The notes below the pieces were generated by a model. That model was given only the letters and a program-made list of their open reading frames with translations. It was not told where the DNA came from and did no database searches. From a plasmid: DNA of 64,000 nt. Below are positions 46,681 through 55,687 of the stretch, piece after piece (within the stretch, counting starts at the first letter, position 1; the number at the start of each line of letters is the position of its first letter). Both the position numbers and the translations under genes were made by a program. The stretch is taken from the sequence record NZ_CP084013.1; one strand, given 5' to 3'.

Positions 46681-47505
46681 ATGCCCATCATCGAATTCGA
46701 CACGAAGATGCGAGGCTACGATCCCCAACAAGTCAATGACGCCGTAACCAATTTCCAGGACACCATCAACAAGTATGCGCAAGCAAACACTGATCTGAAG
46801 AGAACCCTGGATACGGTCAACAACCAGTTCACCCAGGCAAACCAAGACATCGATCAGCTGCAAGCCGAAAACAAGAAGCTCTCCGAACGGATCGAAGAAC
46901 TCGAAAAGCAGAACGACGATCTGGAAGCAAAACTCAAGAACAAGTACACGAGCGTGGGCGACGATGTGAGGAAACTCCTCGAAGACACCCAGACCGTTTA
47001 TCATGCTGCGGAAAAGAACGCAGCCGACATCAAGAACAAGGCGCTGCAGGAAGCTGAAAACATTCGCAAGCAGAGCCAGTCCGCCGCGGAGAAAGCGATA
47101 GTGGACGCGCGGCAGGTCGCCGAAAAGAACGTGAAGGAATCCCAAGCGAAGTCGAAGCAGATCATCGAATCCGCGCAGCAGTCCGCCGCACAGTTGCGTA
47201 AGGAAGCCGACTCGTATGCCACTGGACGGCAAAACATCGCGGAGCAGGCCGATGCAAGGGTTCGTGCGATTCTCGGCCGTCTTGAGGAGGCAAGCAAAGT
47301 GCTTGACAACGCCTACCAGTCCGGACGCAAGCCTAACGCCACTACAGTCCAGTCAGCTCCGAAGGATGCGCCAACACCGGTCATCGCCGGCCAGGCCACT
47401 AATCCGAACGAGGCGGATCTTGAAGACGATAGGACCATCGCCTTCGCTCAAATCCATGCGAAGAACACCGCATCCGCACCCGCGACCCCTGTTGACGCCC
47501 AATAA
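46681..47505 (+). CDS. DivIVA-domain coiled-coil protein
   Basis: The N-terminal 'FDTKMRGYDPQQVNDAV' is the DivIVA signature. The rest is a long coiled coil. Confidence 0.7.
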   Translation: MPIIEFDTKMRGYDPQQVNDAVTNFQDTINKYAQANTDLKRTLDTVNNQFTQANQDIDQLQAENKKLSERIEELEKQNDDLEAKLKNKYTSVGDDVRKLLEDTQTVYHAAEKNAADIKNKALQEAENIRKQSQSAAEKAIVDARQVAEKNVKESQAKSKQIIESAQQSAAQLRKEADSYATGRQNIAEQADARVRAILGRLEEASKVLDNAYQSGRKPNATTVQSAPKDAPTPVIAGQATNPNEADLEDDRTIAFAQIHAKNTASAPATPVDAQ

Positions 47506-47520
47506 GACCATTCCCGGAAC

Positions 47521-47763
47521 GTGAGAATCTTGATCCTCCAATACGTAATGGTTATGACCGGAGGATATGCCAGTTCATGGCTTATCCTCCATGTCGGCAT
47601 GCTGTTCGGGCAAGGCGCGAAGAACGCCGCTTCTCTGGACCGAATCAAGGAAGCCCGCTGTTGGAACATCGCATATTATCTGTGCGTCATCCTGACGTTC
47701 CTGTGCGTCATTGCCGGATCATTGGGTCTCATGCTCCTGTTCAAGAAGCTGATCATTGACTGA
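47521..47763 (+). CDS. hypothetical small membrane protein
   Basis: Two hydrophobic helices. A low-confidence call. Confidence 0.3.
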   Translation: MRILILQYVMVMTGGYASSWLILHVGMLFGQGAKNAASLDRIKEARCWNIAYYLCVILTFLCVIAGSLGLMLLFKKLIID

Positions 47764-47977
47764 AAAAACATCCCTCAAGCAGTCCCGTAATCCTTTCCTG
47801 ACCATCGGACGCTATGTCCGGCAGGTAATCGATGAAACCCGTAAGACGGTGACTCCAACCGCCCGCGAATGGATGGCCTGGAGTATTGCCGCATTCGTGT
47901 TCGTCATCCTGCTCATGATATTGGTCACGGGCATGGATTTCGGGCTCGGCAAACTCACTCTCATGGTGTTCGGGTGA
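47756..47977 (+). CDS. secE: SecE-like preprotein translocase subunit paralog
   Basis: 'RNPFLTIGRYVRQVIDETRKTVTPTAREWMAWSIAAFVFVILLMILVTGMDFGLGKL' matches the SecE pattern NPF..R.V..E.RKV.WP.R.E plus a TM helix and FG.GK. TTG start. Confidence 0.55.
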   Translation: MTEKTSLKQSRNPFLTIGRYVRQVIDETRKTVTPTAREWMAWSIAAFVFVILLMILVTGMDFGLGKLTLMVFG

Positions 47978-48183
47978 CGGTCACACATCCCGTGACCCTT
48001 GCCATGCTGCTATGGATGGGTATCGCCCTGCTCACGTTTCTTCTCATGAGCGTATGGACGGATAATCCACAGCATCGCAGCACCTATCGCCATTGGGCTG
48101 TCGCATACCTGACAGCCCTGATCATCTTCATCGCCATCTTCTATTCCGAAGGAACCCTATGGCCGTTCTCATCATCGTTTTGA
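47974..48183 (+). CDS. hypothetical small membrane protein between secE-like and secG-like
   Basis: GTGA overlap with the secE-like stop. Two TM helices. Confidence 0.3.
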   Translation: MTVTHPVTLAMLLWMGIALLTFLLMSVWTDNPQHRSTYRHWAVAYLTALIIFIAIFYSEGTLWPFSSSF

Positions 48184-48401
48184 AAACCATCGTCGCCGTC
48201 CTGAGCGTCCTGCTATCCCTGCTGATTCTTCTGCACAAAGGCAAGGGCGGGGGATTGTCCGACATGTTCGGCGGCGGCTTGACCGCAAACGCAGGCACAT
48301 CCGGGGTCGCGGAGAAGAACCTCAACCGTTGGACGGTCGGCATCGCGATCCTATGGGTTTTGCTGATCGTCTCGATCAGCCTCATCGCAAAAACCATCTG
48401 A
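48159..48401 (+). CDS. secG: SecG-like preprotein translocase subunit paralog
   Basis: GAAGGAA RBS. 'MAVLIIVLKTIVAVLSVLLSLLILLHKGKGGGLSDMFGGG...TSGVAEKNLNRWTVGIAILWVLLIVSISLI' is the classical two-helix SecG pattern with Gly-rich loops. Confidence 0.6.
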   Translation: MAVLIIVLKTIVAVLSVLLSLLILLHKGKGGGLSDMFGGGLTANAGTSGVAEKNLNRWTVGIAILWVLLIVSISLIAKTI

Positions 48402-48524
48402 CGAAACAGGAGACCTCATGCTAATTGCCATCATCTGCCTATTTACGGGCTTCACCCTTGGCTTCTTCACCGCAGCCCTATGCCAAGCAGCATCACACTC
48501 AGATTCTGACAGAAAGGACAACCA

Positions 48525-48707
48525 ATGAAAAACAACTGGTTCTGCCCCAACTGCGGGCAGCCGATGGAAGCGCAACGCCACGTGGACAATCCCACCGGCC
48601 GTATCACATGGACAATCGGCTGCCTCAACCCGAAACACTTCCACACGCGCGGCTACATGAACGCCGCCATCGCCGAAATCCAACTCGAAAAACTCCTCCA
48701 CCAGTGA
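48525..48707 (+). CDS. small zinc-ribbon protein
   Basis: 'WFCPNCGQPM...GCLNPKHFH'. Its stop overlaps the GTG start of the methyltransferase. Confidence 0.35.
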   Translation: MKNNWFCPNCGQPMEAQRHVDNPTGRITWTIGCLNPKHFHTRGYMNAAIAEIQLEKLLHQ

Positions 48708-50404
48708 AATACGTCAGCATCTTCAGCGGCATTGAAGCCGCCACCGTCGCATGGCATCCACTGGGATGGGAGCCGCTGGCCTTCAGCGAAATCGACCCAT
48801 TCCCCTCAACCGTCCTGCAACACCATTACCCGGATATCCCGAATCTTGGAGATATCACGAAAATCGATTGGAGCCCGTATGTGGGAGCAGCAGACATTGT
48901 TGTCGGAGGTAGCCCCTGTCAAAGCTTCTCTGTCGCAGGCAAGAGGGAAGGACTCGCAGGAGCTTCCGGACTCATGTTCGAATACATTCGAGCGGTACGT
49001 GAACTCCGTCCACGTTGGTTTGTCTGGGAGAACGTCCCAGGAGCGTTCACAAGCGAGCGGGGGGAGGCTTACCGCCAGCTCCTGTCAGAGATGGATGCGC
49101 TCGGGTATGGTCTGGCATGGCGAGTATTGGATGCGCAGTTTTTCGGTGTGGCCCAAAGACGCGAGCGTGTGTTCCTTGTTGGAAGTCTTGGAACCATGCG
49201 TTGCGCGGAAGTACTTTTTGAGCGCGAAAGCCTGTCGTGGAATCATCAGTCGAGCCGACAGAAGAGGCAAGCCCTTACCGAAGAGGCTCAGGAACGCGTT
49301 GGAGAAGCAGATCATGATTCTGGCTGCCTGAATCCCGGCGAAACCCAGAGTCGAAGGGTTTATCCGGCTTCCGGCGTATATCCGACGTTGTCCACGAGAG
49401 AAAAGTCAGGGCAAAATCAGGAAAGCGTTTTCACCCAGTTCGGTGATGATGTCGCCGGCACTCTCACCTCACGATACGATAGTTCCCCCTGCGTTGACCG
49501 TGGAGCAAACGTCGTCGTTGACGAACGGGATAAAGTATTCCTTTGCCAGACGGCGCAAACCGGCAGCAACGGGAAACTCGTCAAACAGGACGATGTAATG
49601 AACACGTTGGATCGGACGAACAGCACCGCAGTGGCCGCATTGGACTTCAATCCGACCGATGCCAGACTCCGGTATGCGAATGATGACGTCAGCCAGACAT
49701 TGACCGCACGGGCCGGAACCGGAGGCAACCAAGTCCCATTGGTGCAGGTGCAGCCGCTCGCGTTCCTGTATAACCAAGGTGCGAAGGCCCGGAGTCTAGG
49801 GATAAGTGAAATAAGCCCTACGTTAAAAACCGACCATAATCCGGTTGCAGCATTCGCTTCAAATCAGCGTGACGAGGTTCGTGAACTGGAAGTCGCAGGC
49901 GCATTGGCCGCGCAGCCTGGCATCAAACAGCAGACGTACATCTGCCGGGCCGACGGACAGACGAACGCGATGGAAGGCGAAAATCTCGCTCCCACGTTGA
50001 CCTCGCACGCGAAGAAGGATCCACCGCTCATCTATCCTGCTGAAGATTCAACCGGGGAAGATGAGCCTGTCACCTCGCAGATTCACGGCGGGAAACCCGG
50101 CGGCGGGAAAGGTGCCTTAATCCAACGGGATATGAGCGCCACATTGTCCACTCATAACACCCAGACGCCGATAACAGGCGACCACGAGAAGAGAGATCTC
50201 ACCGTCCGTCGGCTGACACCACGAGAATGCGAACGCTTGCAAGGCTTCCCCGACGATTACACCGATATCCCATACCGCAACAAGGAACACGCTCCGGACG
50301 GTCCCCGTTACAAGGCGTTGGGCAACAGCATGGCCGTACCGGTCATGCGATGGATCGGAGAACGCATTCGGACGGTCGAAGAAGCCGCCGAAACAACCGA
50401 TTAG
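48704..50404 (+). CDS. dcm: DNA (cytosine-5)-methyltransferase (Dcm-type), apparently orphan
   Basis: Motif I 'VSIFSGIEAA', motif IV 'GGSPCQSFSVAGKREG' and motif VI 'VWENVPG'. GTG start at 48704. No restriction endonuclease gene is evident nearby. Confidence 0.8.
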   Translation: MKYVSIFSGIEAATVAWHPLGWEPLAFSEIDPFPSTVLQHHYPDIPNLGDITKIDWSPYVGAADIVVGGSPCQSFSVAGKREGLAGASGLMFEYIRAVRELRPRWFVWENVPGAFTSERGEAYRQLLSEMDALGYGLAWRVLDAQFFGVAQRRERVFLVGSLGTMRCAEVLFERESLSWNHQSSRQKRQALTEEAQERVGEADHDSGCLNPGETQSRRVYPASGVYPTLSTREKSGQNQESVFTQFGDDVAGTLTSRYDSSPCVDRGANVVVDERDKVFLCQTAQTGSNGKLVKQDDVMNTLDRTNSTAVAALDFNPTDARLRYANDDVSQTLTARAGTGGNQVPLVQVQPLAFLYNQGAKARSLGISEISPTLKTDHNPVAAFASNQRDEVRELEVAGALAAQPGIKQQTYICRADGQTNAMEGENLAPTLTSHAKKDPPLIYPAEDSTGEDEPVTSQIHGGKPGGGKGALIQRDMSATLSTHNTQTPITGDHEKRDLTVRRLTPRECERLQGFPDDYTDIPYRNKEHAPDGPRYKALGNSMAVPVMRWIGERIRTVEEAAETTD

Positions 50405-50463
50405 ACAACAGAAACAGGTGGATCGTCGCAGAAGAGGGGGCGACGTTCCTCAAAAAAACAATA

Positions 50464-51213
50464 CAGCGATAGGCCACGATCTTGTTCAGGATTTCCTTTT
50501 GTTCGGCGAAATCACCAGAAGCAAGAAGAATCATGGCCGTCGCTCGACTCCGCAAGGAAAATCAAGTGGACAACACCCTCCTAGGAGATCAAGATCGTGG
50601 CCTATCGGTGTAAATGTATTCACCGATAGGCCACTATCGTTCGTTCTCGTTCTTACTGCTATAAAAGAGTATGTCCAGTATGTAGTATGACTATAAGCAC
50701 TGCCCGTCAGCCCTTATAGGAGAAGCGGTTTGAGCAGGTTCGTTACACCGATAGTCCACGGATTCGGCAGTGATATTCCACGGAAACGACACTGATAGGT
50801 CACTAAAACAGCAGCGATAGTCCACTATCATTGCATGGATACTCCACGTTGCAAGACCATCGTCAAAGGCGATTGCACCGATAGTCCATCATTGGATGCA
50901 CCGATAGGCCACTATCCGCGAAAAGTGCCGGATAGTGGCAGTATACAAGGCATGGAACCGTCGGATAAGCAACGCAGTAATACTGCGGAAGAAAGGTTTT
51001 TGCACCGATAGGCCATCAACAGAGACAAGAAAACAGCATCGATAGGCCACTACGTGTGGGATGAAATCCACGAATCAACTTCAAAAAAATTGGGAAACTG
51101 CACCGATAGGCCACGTGTCGATACAGCGATATGCCATCAGCATCAAAAACCGACTGCATTAAGCACTGATCTGCATCAGCGAATAAGGTGGGACGATTAG
51201 TGGCCTATCGCTG
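50464..51213 (+). repeat. array of about 13 copies of a 14-bp motif CACCGATAGGCCAC, in both orientations at irregular 20-60 bp spacing
   Basis: Copies at 50464, 50597(rev), 50621, 50746, 50790, 50811, 50875, 50898, 51003, 51037, 51100, 51124 and 51200(rev). The pair 50597/50621 forms a palindrome around TAAATGTAT. The array lies 3' of dcm and 3' of the RepA-like gene at 51205-52185. Confidence 0.75.
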
Positions 51214-52185
51214 CCAATCGCCCCGCCCCTCGTCCAAAGCACGCCGTTCCGCCTTGGGTGGGACGGACGTTGGCGACGGGTGCAGGATGATGCCGTCCCG
51301 GGTGGTTTCCACGTTCGCGGCGGGATACACGTCGTGAATCTTCTTCAATGCTTCACGGAACTTGGCTTTGAACACGCGGCGTTCCTTGATGCTGTCGCCG
51401 AAACGTCCGTGCAGCCAATCCCAATCCAATGTGAGGTCGTGATGCAGGTTGCGGAATGTTCCGGTCAGCCACACGTACACGTCGTAGGGGAGCACTGATT
51501 TGCCGGACAGCAGGTAGTTGGTGGCACGAGTGTCGAATGGTGCCGACTCCTGGGCGAGCCTGTCCCACACTTCATCGGTGAGGATGAACTTGGCGCCGCT
51601 GAAATCCTGATTATTGTTATCGTTCAGGAAGCTGACGGCCTTCACCATCTGCATGTTCACGGAGTCGAACCGATCCCGGTTGCCCGCAAACCCGGTTTTC
51701 TGCCTGATGCTGATATGACAGTACAGGAGACGGCGCAACTGTTCCTGCAAACGTTTCGATGACTGTCCTCCACGGGGTATGCCGAGCTCTTCGGACAACT
51801 GGTACATGCTGGGAATCGTGATGGTGTGCTGCGACGGGTCAACGGTCGGGGTTTTCCTTGTTCCCGCAGAGCGAATCTGCTTTGCCATCCACGCCATCAA
51901 CAGTCGGGGATATTTCCCGTAGGGGAAGTCCCTTGACCTGGTGAGGCTATCGATACCGGCTTCGAGGATGTATTCGACGGTACTGTTGTCTTTGCTGACG
52001 AAGTCGGTGCCTTCCGCCGGGGGAGTGGCGGGGAAAAGGGTGCTGGTGAGGATGCTGTGCCCGTACCAGATTTCCTTACTGTCCGGCAAACGGTTTTCGA
52101 TGTCTGAGATCGTGGCTACCCGGTCGAGCACGAGGTCGGTTGAATGGGTAGCTGGTTTCGTGTTGTCCGGACTGTTGTTGGTCAT
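51205..52185 (-). CDS. RepA-like DNA-binding/initiator protein (paralog 2)
   Basis: Shares 'YGK.PRL' ('FPYGKYPRLLMAWMAKQ') and 'YDVYVWLTGTFRNL' with the RepA-like protein at 28896-29945. Confidence 0.55.
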   Translation of the reverse strand: MTNNSPDNTKPATHSTDLVLDRVATISDIENRLPDSKEIWYGHSILTSTLFPATPPAEGTDFVSKDNSTVEYILEAGIDSLTRSRDFPYGKYPRLLMAWMAKQIRSAGTRKTPTVDPSQHTITIPSMYQLSEELGIPRGGQSSKRLQEQLRRLLYCHISIRQKTGFAGNRDRFDSVNMQMVKAVSFLNDNNNQDFSGAKFILTDEVWDRLAQESAPFDTRATNYLLSGKSVLPYDVYVWLTGTFRNLHHDLTLDWDWLHGRFGDSIKERRVFKAKFREALKKIHDVYPAANVETTRDGIILHPSPTSVPPKAERRALDEGRGDWQR

Positions 52186-52362
52186 GGTTCTCTATGGTAG
52201 CGGCAATCAGCGGAATACGAAAAAACGATGTTTGGTGGCGCTTGTCCGGGTTTTCCCCGGTGCGACACGCCGTATATCAAACATATTTTTTTGTTATTAA
52301 CCGTTGATATTTCAACATTATGGCTTGTTTATAGGGTTTCTCTTTTTTGACAGCATCAAAAT

Positions 52363-52392
52363 ACTTGTTATACTGAATGTGTCCACATAGAA
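52363..52392 (+). promoter_or_regulatory. conserved element motif; the downstream region lacks a clear intact gene
   Basis: GTTATACTGAATGTGTCCACATAGAAATG. The next recognisable coding feature is the tnpB remnant. Confidence 0.5.
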
Positions 52393-52741
52393 ATGAAAGA
52401 GGTTCAAGGATCCATCAAATCGGATCATTTCTTCGACTTCTCTCAAGACTGCAATCCGACAAAAGCGGATCATCCCGGAGCAAGACCGGGGCAGTCGCGA
52501 AGCATCCTGCGTAGGAAGCCAACCACTACACCACGCACGTGATGCGGACGCTTGAAAACCGAAGAGAGACACCAAAAACATTCGTGTCCAAGGCAACTCT
52601 AGCCCGCATGGGCGTGAGGACAAGACCTTGGACCATACGCCACCCTTGCAAGGTGGCAGCAGTAAAGACATGGGTTGAACGGCTGAAGTTCACGCCGTTC
52701 AACCCATATCACCTGTTCAGTTCGGCCGGTTCTGGTTTCGG

Positions 52742-52900
52742 ATGTACCGCGACTACAATGCGGCCCTGAACATTCTCGACGCGGCAGGGCTTGCCGAGTC
52801 GTTAAACGCGCATGGAGACGGTATAAGACTGCGCTTGGCTTCGGCCAAGCGCAGCAGCCGTCAGGGAAGTGCGAACCCTACAGGCGGAACGCTTGCGCGT
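52742..52900 (+). pseudogene. TnpB C-terminal remnant (RuvC-III 'RDYNAALNI'), with a possible adjacent omega-RNA-like structured region
   Basis: 'MYRDYNAALNILDAAGLAESLNA' is only the extreme C-terminus of a TnpB. The following 52850-52990 is rich in hairpins, for example GGAACGCTTGCGCGTTCC. Confidence 0.4.
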
Positions 52901-53285
52901 TCCGCGCTGGGAATCCCGGTGCTAAAGCACCGGGAGGAAGTCAATGGGGCTGACAGGCTTTCGATAGCCTGCCGGAAACCATTTGCTACGTGCCGGAGGC
53001 CGGTAAGGACAACCGTCATCAACCTTGCCACAAGAATAGACGCCAACACCGTTTCTTCTTCCCGTTTCACCCTCGTAGCGTGAAACCCGACTTTGATCCC
53101 ATTGCCGATTAACGGGTCAAAGCCGGAAAACTTTGAATCGGACTGGTCGGACAGTCGGACGATGGATTCGCCCGACCAGTACATGAACATCGTCTACAAG
53201 CCGTGCGGGTTCGCCGAACGCACCCGTCCACGGATGATCTTCCCCACGCAAGTGGGGATAAACCTACGCACGTGACAGCAAGCAA

Positions 53286-53335
53286 AGGCTGACAGCAGGC
53301 CAGATCCGAGTTCGATTCTCGGCAGCTCCACGACC
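53286..53335 (+). other. tRNA 3'-half-like fragment (T-arm + acceptor strand only)
   Basis: CCGAG TTCGATT CTCGG CAGCTCC A has a canonical T-loop, but there is no matching 5' acceptor strand upstream. Confidence 0.3.
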
Positions 53336-53438
53336 CTGATCCATCTCCCATGAGCTTGTGCAGACTCACGGTCTGCGGGTACAGATGAATCGGGCACGGT
53401 ACGCATCGCACCGTGACGGACGACAGAAGCGATGCACC

Positions 53439-53520
53439 GGTGGTGTGGCCCAGCGGCGACGGCAGCAGACTGTAAATCTGCGACAAGGAAACACCGGAGG
53501 TTCGAGTCCTCCCGCCACCA
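53439..53520 (+). tRNA. tRNA-Tyr (anticodon GTA)
   Basis: Acceptor GGTGGTG/CGCCACC. Anticodon arm GCAGA CTGTAAA TCTGC. Long variable arm. T-arm GGAGG TTCGAGT CCTCC. Close to the E. coli tRNA-Tyr layout. Confidence 0.8.
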
Positions 53521-53708
53521 CTATCCGCCTGGTTGCAAACAGGCGGATTAACAGGTAGCGGCGCCTTCAAGGCCGTGCTGTGGTTTTCGTTTGCACACAG
53601 TATCTAAACAACAAACGGATTTTATCCGCTGTCAGGCCAGTCTCATTAGTCTGACAGCGAACGGTAAAAGCCGGAATGATACGCGCCATGAGACGACGCG
53701 TTCCGGCC

Positions 53709-53768
53709 GGCTTCGTAGCTCAAACGGCGGAGCATGCATGGTTGGTGGTTCGAATCCACCCGGAGCCA
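53709..53768 (+). pseudogene. truncated tRNA-like element lacking an anticodon arm (60 nt)
   Basis: Acceptor GGCTTCG/CGGAGCC, D-arm GCTC...GAGC and T-arm GGTGG TTCGAAT CCACC. Only 10 nt sit where the anticodon arm should be. Confidence 0.4.
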
Positions 53769-54025
53769 CGTTTTTGACAGGTCTTACAACCGGAGAGTCG
53801 AGGACTGTGAAGAAAAACTGGAAGAGCGTGCAAATCCTAGGTCGCACGCTTGGAAGGGGAGGTTTCGCAGGAGGTTAGGAAAACCGGTGGAGACAGTCTA
53901 AACACGCGAAAGAATCAAGATGAAAGCATCGTGGTACTGGCTTAAGACGGTGCCAGAATCTGAGGAAATCGCGTTTAATAGGGCACGTACGTAGCTGGTA
54001 AGCCACGGAGTCCTGTCAAAAATAT

Positions 54026-54099
54026 CGGATTGTGGCGCAGTTTGGTAGCGCACGTGCTTTGGGAGCATGGGGTCGCAGGTTCGAATCCTGTCAATCCGA
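54026..54099 (+). tRNA. tRNA-Pro (TGG)
   Basis: Acceptor CGGATTG/CAATCCG. U8. Anticodon arm CGTGC TTTGGGA GCATG, with G37. Confidence 0.8.
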
Positions 54100-54179
54100 C
54101 TCGGAGACCAGCCATCCCTCTTTCGGCTGGCGGACTATACGTCACCGCCGTGCGACGTATCCGAAAAAAGCACGGCAAT

Positions 54180-54254
54180 GCGGATGTGGTGCAGTGGCAG
54201 CACGCCTGCTTCCCAAGCAGGAAACCGCGGGTTCGAACCCCGTCATCCGCTCCA
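54180..54254 (+). tRNA. tRNA-Gly (CCC), CCA encoded
   Basis: Acceptor GCGGATG/CATCCGC. Anticodon loop TTCCCAA. T-loop TTCGAAC. The 3' end reads TCCA. Confidence 0.8.
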
Positions 54255-54389
54255 TCCGGAAAACCAAAACAATGGATCTGATCCAACAATGGGACTCGTA
54301 ACCGTCCTTTCCATGGGACGTTTCCGGAGAAACATGGACGAACAGCCTCGGCATGGGCGCACATCGTCTAGGAAGAAAACATGCCAGTC

Positions 54390-54461
54390 GCCCCGGTAGC
54401 TCAGAGGAAGAGCAGGTGCCTTTTAAGCACTGGGTCCGGATATCGTAATTCCGTCGGGGCA
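54390..54461 (+). tRNA. tRNA-Lys (TTT) with a non-canonical T-arm
   Basis: Acceptor GCCCCGG/TCGGGGC. Anticodon arm GGTGC CTTTTAA GCACT. The T-region CGGA TATCGTAAT TCCG lacks the GTTC/TPsiC consensus. Confidence 0.55.
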
Positions 54462-54625
54462 CGATGCTTGGTACATCGCCGAGCATAAGCGCATCAATCT
54501 ATTATCGGATAGGCTGCGGCAACTTCTTCTTCCGGCCGCGCGCGAAACAAGGGAAGGAAAACACACAGTGCGACGGACCAGGGAAGGGCCTATAACCCAG
54601 ATCCCATAACAGTCCGTCGTACGGT

Positions 54626-54697
54626 GCCTCTGTAGCTTAAATGGTAGAGCAACGGTCTGAAGCACCGTGGATGCTGGTTCGATTCCAGACGGAGGCA
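54626..54697 (+). tRNA. tRNA-Phe (GAA)
   Basis: Acceptor GCCTCTG/CGGAGGC. Anticodon arm ACGGT CTGAAGC ACCGT. Confidence 0.75.
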
Positions 54698-55025
54698 CGA
54701 AGCAATCCATCCGATCAATGGACTGCTTTCAGGGAGTGATCGAACAATCGCATCGGAAACGAGGCGATAAGATGAGCCGGGCCCGGCAGGGTGGTTTGCG
54801 ACCGAACCGGCGGCACGTCCAGAGGGGATCTGACATGATCTCGTTTGTCCTCGACGTTGCTGGTAAAACCCAATCCAGTCTCCCGATTCCCCTCCATCTG
54901 TCATTCAGGACGGATGGGGAGGACGCTCTTTTTGCAGCGATGGTCTCCGGAGCGACATCAATGAGGACCATGCCGAACACGGCCCGGCACAGGCGTACGT
55001 CGTTAAAGGAACGAAATGTGCCATC

Positions 55026-55101
55026 GCCCTCGTAGCTCAATCGGATTCAGAGCGTTGGTCTACGGAACCGGAGGTTGCGGGTTCGAACCCCGCCGAGGGC
55101 A
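55026..55101 (+). tRNA. tRNA-Arg (ACG)
   Basis: Acceptor GCCCTCG/CGAGGGC. Anticodon loop CTACGGA. T-arm GCGGG TTCGAAC CCCGC. Confidence 0.8.
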
Positions 55102-55152
55102 CTCGGAGCAGGAAGCTATTCCGCTGCCTATCTTCGGCTTCCTGCTCCACAT

Positions 55153-55227
55153 GCGTCGGTAGCTTAACGGCAGAGTACCGGTCTCCAAAACCGGTGGGTG
55201 TGAGGTCGAGACTCACCCGACGTGCCA
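55153..55227 (+). tRNA. tRNA-Trp (CCA), CCA encoded
   Basis: Anticodon arm CCGGT CTCCAAA ACCGG. T-arm GTGAG GTCGAGA CTCAC. The 3' end reads G-CCA. Confidence 0.7.
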
Positions 55228-55352
55228 GGACGGTATTGTTTGGCTCCTTACTCACTCACGGATTCGTCAAGCCGAATGATACCGTTCCACCCGGTTCCGA
55301 TCGTCGTTTGAAGGATTTCCTATTCTCTTCGGCTGTTCGACCGGAACCATCG

Positions 55353-55434
55353 CCCCGTTGGCGGAACTGGTAGACGCATCCGGCTCAAACCCGGATTCCT
55401 GACGGAGTGAGGGTTCAACTCCCTCATGGGGCAC
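55353..55434 (+). tRNA. tRNA-Leu (CAA), type II
   Basis: Acceptor GCCCCGT/ATGGGGC. Anticodon arm TCCGG CTCAAAC CCGGA. Long variable arm. T-arm GAGGG TTCAACT CCCTC. Confidence 0.8.
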
Positions 55435-55687
55435 TATCCGTTGGAACCTTTTCGCACTCGCTTTGAAAAGATTTCAACGGATATTCTTCCGATTGGCGTG
55501 CCTAGTTTCTTTCTTCTTTCATTGACAGGTACGGCATGTTCCAGCTGCCTTGGAGTCGGACAGTGGAAGAAAAAAACGACTCCAAATAATCTTGGATGGC
55601 CGGTTTGAAAACAGATAACCAATGCGAAATTACTCCTTTGGAAAAGGGTTGTCGCTTTTTCTTGAACCACCCGGCCATCCACCATCC

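Noticed and set aside
52400-53280. Group II intron or tmRNA in the structured region after the tnpB remnant
   Set aside because: No domain V/VI-like hairpins or tmRNA tag-reading frame could be recognised by eye. I left it as a possible omega-RNA-like or decayed IS region.
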